DNA from: Neoconidiobolus thromboides FSU 785
Taxonomy: Eukaryota > Fungi > Entomophthoromycota
Direction of reading: 5' to 3'
Assembly (NCBI GenBank): GCA_025603075.1
Contig: MU626453.1
Coordinates: 1 to 36,367 of the forward strand
DNA length: 36,367 nt
The notes beneath the pieces were generated by a model. The model made no database searches, was not told the DNA's origin, and worked only from the letters and a program-made list of their open reading frames with translations. Position numbers and translations under genes: made by a program. Below, piece by piece: positions 24,256 to 33,731 of the stretch; positions within the stretch are counted from its first letter, which is position 1; each line of letters starts with the position of its first letter.

Positions 24256-25442
24256 TTAATCTTTTAAGCAAATTTTATTCGCTTTGAGTTGAATGTAGAT
24301 GTTACAAGCTTGAAATACTAAGTTATCTTGATGCATCAATACAGTAGAATTGATAACGTTATTTACTACTTCATATGGGAATGTATTTCTGTGTTTAAGA
24401 ATTTTACTAATAATTTTTCCACTCAAATAGCGCTTAAAAGATGGAAAAGTAATGAAGCCAAAACCCCCCCATATTTTAACAATCTCGCTCCATACTTTAT
24501 ATTGTAACCCTTATTTAAGTAATTCATTACCTTTTTGTTCCAATTAAATGGAATATTATTGTTATCTATTACCTAAAGCAATTTAAGCTATTAAATAAAA
24601 TATTAAATAAAATATACAAAACACAGTCTTTGACCTTTTTAATAAAATAAAATTTATATTCTTATTTATTTTCTAAATCTTTTCGTTCTTTTCATAGTTT
24701 TATAGCTTCTTTGACAACCTCCTACTGGGCCAAGTTACTTGTGATAACAAATATTGTGTCCTTACAGTCAATCATTTTATCCTAAAACAAACATCAGATA
24801 ACAAATCAAGGTTTGTGTAATCTATAGTTACCTTTCAATTAGTGACTCTTCTTCTTCAAACAAGTGTAATAAAGTAGTTAAGTTTCACTATGAGCTTTTT
24901 CGATTTCACCCAAGATAATGATGGTATTCAAAACTAAAACAGATGCTAATAACAAACAATTGATAATTAAAACAGCCTTAACTATTCTTCAGTTTCTCAC
25001 AAAATAAACTCCTATTGTCATAACCAACATTAACCCAGGGGGGCTCCAATAAATCTAGAATTTTCGTGTTTACTTTGATATTCAGACATATCTACTCAAG
25101 TCCATATTCACCACCATGGATGTAATAAGTTAATTTTTTTGCCAATCTAGTTTTTTCTATTAAAATATCGGATATTTTAAAGTTGTTTTTTTATACTGTA
25201 CATATGATACACTATTCACGCCTAAAGGCACAAGAAATAAAAACACCAAGGATCTTTCTGGACCTTGCCATCCTTACTGTTGGTTAGTTAATTCAGTGCT
25301 TGTTATATTATACATTATATAAATACCATTTTGTTCTAATTGTAGCAGATCCAATCATATCAATTACCGCCTTTTGACCAATAATCTTACCTTTAATATA
25401 AGATTTAAAAGATTTTTCTAGTTTCAGCCAATGAATAGTCCT
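24256..25442 (-). pseudogene. Decayed CLPB/Skd3-type AAA+ ATPase (single ClpB-like NBD), with intron remnants, interrupted by MITE copy 11
   Basis: Minus-strand fragments in the expected order: KIIGQ; GWQGPERSLVFLFL; KTRLAKKLTYYIHG; VDMSEYQSKHENSRFIGAP; VGYD; EIEKAH; LLHLFEE; IDCKDTIFVITSNLAQ; GYNIKYGARLLK(Y)EVVNNVIN. Two 50-nt GT-AG introns are recognisable; many stops and frameshifts; the segment expected between ~24670 and ~24570 appears deleted. Confidence 0.85.
24377..24470 (+). mobile_element. MITE-like element copy 11, inserted in the CLPB/Skd3-like relic
   Basis: ATAT at 24373-24376 and 24471-24474; excision restores the host reading frame. Confidence 0.9.
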
Positions 25443-25446
25443 ATAT

Positions 25447-25544
25447 ACCAAGATGTTTTTTTGATTCCATTACTTTTCCATCTTTTAAGCGCTATTTGAG
25501 TGGAAAAATTCTTAATAAATTCTTAAACAAAAAAATACATCCTC
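25447..25544 (-). mobile_element. MITE-like element copy 12
   Basis: Reverse-complement copy, one TIR eroded; ATAT at 25545-25548 and 25443-25446. Confidence 0.8.
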
Positions 25545-25758
25545 ATATCAATAATTTACTTTCGGAGTATACAGATTCCATTTTATAATAATAATATATA
25601 ATATGAAATAGAGATAAAATGAATTTCATTATCTATTTGTACTTTTTTAATTTTACTTTAACGTATTAAACTCTATAAAATTACTGAAGAAAGTTTAATA
25701 TAAAAAGCTTAATCTATTGGAAAAATGAAATTGAAGGTTTAATATAATAAAATAAGAA

Positions 25759-25833
25759 ATAGTTTATCAACAATACTCAATGTTGATAAACTATTATCAA
25801 ATGTTGAGTCCTGGTCCTAAGTTTGACTCAACA
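25759..25833. repeat. Two adjacent perfect inverted repeats
   Basis: ATAGTTTATCAACA (25759-25772) / TGTTGATAAACTAT (25781-25794); TGTTGAGTC (25802-25810) / GACTCAACA (25825-25833). Confidence 0.6.
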
Positions 25834-25921
25834 ATAGTCATTAAATTCAAAACATCGTTATTTACCTAACAGAAAACTTACATTAATATTTTGATTTTAA
25901 GTCATCTTTAAAAAATTAAAT

Positions 25922-26019
25922 GGGAGTATTTTTTTGGCTTCATTACTTTTTCCGTCTTTTAAGTACTATTTGAGTAGAAAGATTGTCAGTAAAATTCTTA
26001 AACACAAAAATACATCCCC
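25922..26019 (-). mobile_element. MITE-like element copy 13
   Basis: Reverse-complement full-length copy; AAAT at 25918-25921 and 26020-26023; 42 bp downstream of tRNA-Gly. Confidence 0.85.
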
Positions 26020-26061
26020 AAATACTATTTAAAAAGTTTCAACTTCAATTCAAAATAGAAT

Positions 26062-26132
26062 TGCAATGTCCGGGAATCGAACCCGGGGCTGCCGCGTGGC
26101 AGGCGGCAATTTTACCACTAAACCAACATTGC
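26062..26132 (-). tRNA. tRNA-Gly (GCC), identical to 1992-2062
   Basis: Exact reverse complement of the first copy over 71 nt. Confidence 0.95.
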
Positions 26133-26805
26133 TTAATTTAAACATCAGAAATTATATTATAAAATTTGAAAACTTAACTAAAGACAGACTTACCATCGTG
26201 CTAGAAAGCGATGGTGATATAAATGAACAAATTCTTTAGCGGAGTTTTTACAAAAGACAATAAGAGGTACAAGTAGTTAAAACTAAATATATTTTTTAAA
26301 ATTATTTTAGATTGAGCGGTAGTCAGTTTTTGCTTTCAAGCTGTATCAATTCGAATGGATTTAAGAAAAGCTTAAAGTTAATTTTATTTAATCAAGCTTA
26401 AATGAGTTTGAGTTAAAAAGCCCAATAAAAACTAGATGTGTCTTATAGTTTAGTATATAATTGTTTTATATTAAAAACATGTGTATTGTATTGAATCAGC
26501 TTGATGTTTATATTTATATTTATATTTATATTAAGTGTATAACGCTTTTTTAAGTATTTATTTCAGTTCTAAACATTTTTAAACAAAATTCAAGCTTTAT
26601 TTTATTTATTAATCGAAATTAGCTTTAAACATGAACTCAATTTTGATTACTTTACCATTAAACTCCAGTGCTTAAAGTTAGAAAAATTAGCCAAACATTG
26701 AAAATTCAACTGATTGGTTTAAAAAAAAGGAGTATGTAAAGCAAGCGTAAGTGGCACAAGTGAAAAAAAAGAGAACTATTTTTTTTAATTATAAAAAAAG
26801 CAAAG

Positions 26806-28727
26806 ATGAGTACCATTGATCAATGTTGTATTTACCTCAATATATTAGAACAATGTGAAATGATTCGCATTATTGATAGTGAAAAAGTACATGAAAACCA
26901 TTCTTCTTATATCGTTTATATCATTCAATTTTTAGTAAGTTTTACAATTGATTTTTTAGCTATTGGGTAGATTTAACTATATTGATAGGATCGTCAAGTT
27001 CGTAGAAGATACTCTGAGTTCGAATCTTTTCAGTTACATTTATCCAAGTTACATCCCGAGATTTTAATTCCTCCGATCCCTAATAAGCACACTTTAGGTA
27101 ATCAATGTGTTTAATTAGTTTATTAGGTATTAACAAAATAACTCAGCCCAATATGCTACCAAACAAAATCGAGCTAAAGATGATGTGATGATGATTGAAA
27201 AGCGTAAACGTATGTTACAAAGCTTTTTAAATCGATTACTCAGCCATCCTTTTTTGGTGAAAGAACACTTGTTTCATCGATTTTTAGATAAAGACTCTAA
27301 CTGGGTAAGATAACTATTTTTTTACATACAAAAGCTCAAAAACTAGAATGAAACTTATATTAATGCAACAATTATATAGAATGAAGTAGTTAATACACCA
27401 ATAATACCACATTCCAATCGAAGTTCAATAAACATTCAGGTAAATGGGGAGACTATTGAGAATACCAATAACATCAATAATACTAAAATAGCAAGTGTTA
27501 AATCTAATGGAGAATCCCATTTTTCAAATGCGGAGAATTTTACTTTACAAGTACAAAGCGTTTTAACTAATCAATTATTTAAAGCTGAAAAAGGATTAAA
27601 TAGAAAACTTAGTGGTAAATTAGTTATTGATAATTATAAACAATTTATTGATGATTTTAATTAGAATGCTCCAAAGAGTTATCAGAGTTGGGGGCTTTAT
27701 ATAATGGATTTAGTTTAACAGAAAATGAAAAGATAGGCCAAGCTTTAGAAAAAGTGGGTCAAGCAGTGGATATAAGTTATATGTCTATGGTAGAATTATT
27801 TCAATTAATGGATATTAAAGTATCAGAACCATTAGAAGAATATATTAAATATAGTGAAACATGCCATAAAGTATTAAAGTACAGACAAAGTAAACAGAAA
27901 GAGTTGGAGAAATTAACACAAATATTAAGTAAAAAGAAGCAATTAATCCGACAATTACAAGATGGTGAATTAGAAAGTAAACGTTTAGAAGCAGCTTTAC
28001 AAAGGGAAATTGAAGCTAGAGATCCTTACTCAGATGATGACTCAATTTATAATGAAGATGAGCTAAAAAATCATCCTAATTTGCCAATTAAAAATAGGTC
28101 TAGATCAAATTCTTATCTTTCAAATCATTCACTTAATATTAATAATATTAATAATAATTCCAATAATCATAACATTAATCCAGTTATTCCTGAAAATAGT
28201 GTAGTTGATAATAATACTGATGAAACTAATAATAATAGTAATCGTAATAGTGGTATAATAGACGAGAATACAACTAAAGCTCCTAGTGCAAATGGAGGAG
28301 CTAATATATTAAATTTATTAAGTTATACATTCCATGGGCTAATTGATGTAGATCCAGAAGCTAGTAGAAGAAATAGTATAAGTAAAAATAAAGAGCAAAT
28401 ATTAGTATTAGAAGAACAAATTAACAAAAACACAATGGAATTAGCAGAACTTGATAATAATTTACAAAATGATCTTAACCGATTTCAATATCAAAAAATG
28501 GTGGATTTCCATACTGTAATGTTAGATTTAGCTAACATTCATGTAAATTGGTGTAAGGATGTAAGTTATTATATTAATAAATATATGTACTATTGAATAT
28601 TAAATATTAATTTAAATTATTATTATTATAGAATTTAGATGCATGGCAAGAAGCTCATGATAAAGCAATAGAAATCCCAGGGAATAGGAAAGTTATTATG
28701 TATAATTGTATTGAACCAAAGGAATAA
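26806..28727 (+). CDS. PX-BAR sorting nexin, Snx41/Atg20-like, 540 aa; exons 26806-26934, 26989-27097, 27147-27304, 27380-27614, 27665-28560, 28632-28727
   Basis: PX motifs VRRRYSEFESF, IPPIPNKH, IEKRKRMLQSFLNRLLSHP; BAR region ELSELGALYNGFSLTE ... NDLNRFQ...NLDAWQE. Five GT-AG introns, 1623 nt in frame. Snx41 versus Atg20 not resolved. Confidence 0.9.
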
Positions 28728-29316
28728 GCTATTATTTTTTAATTATTCTATCCAATGTTATTATTTTTAATTACTAAATTTATGTTTTAACATGATTTTC
28801 TTTTAAATTTTGATTTTTTTACTGTTATTATATTCAAGCGGCAATATATCGATATTTGAAATATATATTTGGTTTAAAATTTTATTTAAAATTTTATTGA
28901 TCATAGTTTTTATTAAGCCAAAGAATTAAAATTGATTTACGAAATATTAGTAAACAAATGACTTTATTTTAATATCATTTAGTTTATTAAAGTATTTTTA
29001 AACCCTTTCTGGTTAAGAAATACTTATTATGTATAGTCTGCTTAGCTTAATTACCTATAAGTATAAGATTCATATATTCAGTGCAATATTTCAGAAACAA
29101 GTTCCTATGAAATGAATTAGAATCAAAATTAATTTTAAACATATTTTTATTAAACAAATAAATTAGAAATTTAATAAAAGGACTTAAACCTTGATAATAT
29201 AACTATAATATATATTAATAACTAAAATAGAATATTAAATAAATTCAAAGATAAGTATCTAGAAGTTAAACTATATTTGTAATATATATTCAAATAATAG
29301 AGTTAAAATATTATAG

Positions 29317-30784
29317 TTACTCCGATGCTAAATCATCTAATTGAATATCAAGGTTTGGAATTCGATTGGAAGCCACTCTTAATACTTGCATTCTCATTCT
29401 ATCAAAATGATCTTGATTAAGAATTATGCTTTTTAAAGTATCCAAACAATTTTTAGGTGATATTTCATGACGATTGAATTTTTCTATAACTATAAATAAA
29501 AGTTAATAAATTAATATTACTAATATCAATATTATTAAAATAATTTCTTAATGTTTATTATTATTATCCTTACCATCTTTAAATATATTGAATTCTGGAG
29601 TATCTAATGTAGCAACAATTTCACCATAAACTTCTTCCATAGTAGTACTAAATTCTATATCTTTAGTATCTTCCCCTCCTTCAGTTTCTAAATCATTAGT
29701 ATTTGTATACGTTTTTTTAAAAAATATTGAACTAGGATCTAATAAATTAATTAAATACTTTTATATTTTGATTCTTTCTTTTGTATCTACCTGGATTAAA
29801 TTCACTCTCATCCATATTTAAAGACGGTGAAGTAGGCTAAATATACTTTTAAATCTAGATTTTAATAAAATAGAAATAAAATTTACGTTTTTAGCTACTC
29901 TCGTAGCCGAATTTGAATTAGATATCATATCAATATCAAATTTATTGTTGATTTTGTGATTGTATTTGTTCTAATTGAAAAATACAATTATAAATTAATT
30001 AAAAATATTAGAAATATTAAAAACAATATAGCTTACTGTACTATTATATTGATGTTTAGAAGAAGTTGGTGAAAACAAATTTCTTTTTGGTATAATTTTT
30101 TCTTCTTCAATAGCTAAACTTTGTTCAATAAACTCTTCATTAATAGGTATTGGTCCAGTGCCACTTAAATTAATAAGTTTCTATAAATTTATATGAATTT
30201 TGTTCACTTTTAAATATTTCGATTTAATCTTATATCCTATAATTACCTTCTTAAAACGATCCAATTCAGCAGTCTAATAAAATAAAGGTAATATTATCAG
30301 TTGAATTTAGCATAACAAACAATAATAAACTTACATATCTTCTTAGCTGATTATATTTTTCAACCAATTGTTTTTGATCCCTTAAAACATCGTTATGTTT
30401 AAATTCTAAATCTTGATATTTTTTATCTTTTAAATTAATATTTAATTGTAATTTTTCAACACTATTCTCTAATTCGGCTATTTTTCTTTCTTGATTAACG
30501 GAATATATTTTCATCCTTTGAATCACCCCTTCCATTTCATGTACTTTTTCCTTATAACTTTCTTGAATCGTTTTTAGTGCATTGTTGATCTAAATTATTA
30601 TTAAAAAATTCTTTGATACTGAGGTTAAGCTGAAATTTACCTTTCTATCATGATGACTATCACTATTATAAGCAAGTATATTGCTACTAGCTCTACTACC
30701 ATTCACTTCATTTCCTCGAACTTCACTGTTATCACTTCTTCTCCTTAAACTATCTTTTACTTGGGGTAGCCTTGATACCGACAT
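29317..30784 (-). CDS. Coiled-coil protein with small C-terminal helical domain, 345 aa; exons 30784-30641, 30589-30335, 30273-30247, 30180-30037, 29970-29887, 29836-29791, 29738-29574, 29489-29317
   Basis: Seven GT-AG introns join in frame (1038 nt). Coiled coil ending AELDRFKK; C-terminal EVYGEIVATLDTPEFNIFKDVIEKFNRHEIS. Confidence 0.75.
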
Positions 30785-30994
30785 TGGAGATTTTATTAAA
30801 ACAATTTAATTCCTTAATTTAATCCTTGATTTTGCTTATTGGTTCTTGAGTTTCTCCCTTATATTTCTTAGATGCAAAAATAGTTGCTTAATTTGGTTTT
30901 AGTTCTTTGCATTGGAATTTAGTTAATAAGCTCAATATTTGAATTTTATAAGGTTTTAATTTAATTCGTTAAAGGGAAAATTAAAATCGCTCAA

Positions 30995-31067
30995 GCTCCG
31001 TTAGCTCAGTTGGCAGAGCGTGGTGCTAATAACGCTAAGGTCATAGGTTCAAGCCCTATACGGAGCA
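30995..31067 (+). tRNA. tRNA-Ile (AAT)
   Basis: Acceptor GCTCCGT/ACGGAGC, D arm GCTC-AGTTGGCA-GAGC, anticodon loop CTAATAA, T arm ATAGG-TTCAAGC-CCTAT; T run shortly downstream. Confidence 0.95.
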
Positions 31068-31673
31068 ATTACCATTTTTTATGGCAAGGTTTTTTTTGTC
31101 TTTTAGTTTAACTAATGATTAAATTTTGACTTAAAAGGTGAACAAAATACTGAAATATATATTATCAGTTTAATTATATTGAATTTATAAGTTTGAAAAT
31201 TATTAAAAACCTATTTAAATATAAAAACATTTTAAAAAAATGTACAGCTATTTGGTTTGAAGTAAATGAGATTTTTGAAAGTTGCTTAATTAAGATTTAA
31301 ATCAATTCAAATGTTCTAATAATAGGTTACTATAAATAATTTAGGTTAGAAATAAAAAAACTTGATAAAGTAATATTTTTTATATTTTCTTGTTTATTAA
31401 TGCTAAAATTTAATTTTATAAAATTTTGATATTGTAAATCTAGATTTTTTAATTTTTTTCAAACTTTTTTTTAAAATTATATATTAGTATTATTAAAAAT
31501 ATAACATGTTTTTTTGTTTTTATTTGCATTTGATCATTTTGATTTATTCATTGACTTATTACTTTATTTTCAATTTTGAAAGTGCTGCAATATAATTTAT
31601 ATTAATCTCAGTAGCTTTAAAAACTAGAATTACCTTTTTACTTTTTATTTGTAATTATGAGAATTTATTATAT

Positions 31674-31771
31674 TGAGATGTTTTTTTTGATTTCATCACT
31701 TTTTCCATTTTTTAAGCACTGTTAAGCAGAAAGATTGTTAGTAGAATTTTTAAACAAAAGAACATGTTCAC
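31674..31771 (-). mobile_element. MITE-like element copy 14
   Basis: Reverse-complement, more diverged copy; ATAT at 31670-31673 and 31772-31775. Confidence 0.8.
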
Positions 31772-31948
31772 ATATATTTGTTAAAATAAAACTTGTTTAT
31801 AAAAGTTTACTTATAAAAAACTGGTTGCTTCATTTTATTTTATTTTACTTTATCTTATCTATATAAAATTAATATTCACTAATATTTTTATTATTTTAAA
31901 ACTTTACTAGTTATTTTATAAATAGTGTTCATTTAGTTTTTGGTTTAG

Positions 31949-31949
<1 letters not shown>

Positions 31950-32036
<87 letters not shown>
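31950..32036. repeat. (TTA)29 perfect microsatellite
   Basis: 87 bp of uninterrupted TTA units. Confidence 0.95.
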
Positions 32037-32037
<1 letters not shown>

Positions 32038-33149
32038 TAATTTTTTCTTATGCTTATTTAATTTATTTTTAATTTTTTTGAAGCTAGTATCATTTTTATT
32101 AATAATATATTTGTAAATATACCCCCTTATAATTTCTTATTGCTGCTCTCATATTTTAAGTCTTTGTAGTTTAAGTTTTATTTTTCCTAATATTAGTAGC
32201 TTTTTAAAATTTACTAAATAACTCATTATGTTTCTTAAATTTTCTATAAATTTAATAAACCTTTTTTAAAAACTGGAATTAAATTGATAAAATTTTTACT
32301 TGTTAGTTTACTAATTACACTAGATTTAAAAATAAATTAAGCATTTGGCTTTTTAATTTTGTTTTTAGTTAATTTATTTAAAAATATTTTTTAAGTAATC
32401 TTGAATAGTTTTTTATTCTCAATACTTCTATTATTAACTATGCTTTTTTTTTCACCTACTTTTTTTTCTTGTTACATATTATTAAACTGACAAATTACCA
32501 TTATTAAATACATTTAAAAAAAGCATTGCTATTAATTGCTTTTAAAAAAATGCTGCATTCAAATGCTTTTGTTGATTTTTTTCTAGCCAAAATACAAACA
32601 TAACACTATTAAAATTTACTTAAAAAGAAGGGCTAATATACAACTCCGGAATAAGCTGGTTTTGTTATTTATTAAGCATATGAATACTTGAAAATTATTG
32701 AATAGTAATCAATTATTATTATTAATATTTGTTTTTTGTCTTTTCTTTTAGCAACTTAATGAGGCCACTTTTGATACATATTTTATATTTAATAAAGTTA
32801 GTTATATACATTTCAACATCATTTTAATACTTGAACTACCACAATAACCATCAAACTGGTCAAACGATTGATTTATAATTTACGTTTTTGATTATGTGTT
32901 CTAATAAGATATTCTCTACAGGTTGAATAAATGTGATTCACTGTTCCAGGTTGATGCTAATATATCACAGTTAAAATATAAAGAAATAATTATATACTGC
33001 TTATGGTTAAAAGGTTTAAGATACAGTTGCTTTATCTAATTAACTTGACAAGAGTATGAAACCCTTGAAATAAAGGTAATCTATATATTTCAGCCTAGTT
33101 CGTAAATAAACAGGGTTATGATATCTTACGTTTTTAATAAAAATAATAT

Positions 33150-33244
33150 CTAGGCATGCCTTTTTTCAAAATTTTATTAAAAATTTTTCCACTCAAATAG
33201 CGCTTAAAAAATGGAAAAGTAATGGAATCAAAAAAAACATCACC
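33150..33244 (+). mobile_element. MITE-like element copy 15 (left part eroded)
   Basis: Right two-thirds matches the consensus; ATAT at 33245-33248 and possibly 33146-33149. Confidence 0.75.
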
Positions 33245-33731
33245 ATATATCTAACAGTAATGTAAACATTCCTTTATTTATAACGTACGTTTGGTGCCAC
33301 TTAAATATGCTGACTAAAATGAAACCATAGTACACATAAATATCATTAATTCTATAGAACAGTATTTAAATATATGTAGTTAAAAGAATAACTACCATTA
33401 CATCGATTAATTATTCAACTCATATTTTTATAATCGAAAGCAACTTAAACAGCTAAAATAGATACCAATAAGTACATCACAGTCATAAAACCGGGAGAAA
33501 ATAGTAATAAATTACAAAAATCCAATAAACGTCATTTTAAAAGTATAAAAAAAGGGTGTAAAAACAGATAATAAATTTATTATAAACTGAAAATTTCGGA
33601 ACAAGCGCCACCAAATCGACTTTGCATTGAAAACTATAAATAAACCTAAATTTATTTTATATCAATTCTGCTTTCAATTGAATAAACTTTTTCATTCTAT
33701 TATACACTTGGGCTTTTGCTTTTTTTTGATA

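Noticed and set aside
213-26132. Segmental duplication of a DJ-1 + MITE + tRNA-Gly cassette
   Set aside because: The tRNA orientation relative to DJ-1 differs, intervening sequences show no similarity by eye, the DJ-1 paralogs are strongly diverged, and the MITE target sites differ.
4843-28596. ORF-track termini of spliced genes (e.g. 4843, 3966, 3564, 28596, TTG starts)
   Set aside because: These are read-through into introns; the spliced models give continuous domain sequences.
1324-33244. The repeat as a CRISPR array or a Pol III ncRNA/SINE family
   Set aside because: Copies are dispersed with no repeat-spacer periodicity. They have internal T runs on both strands, no A/B boxes or poly-A tail, and do have TIRs plus target duplications.
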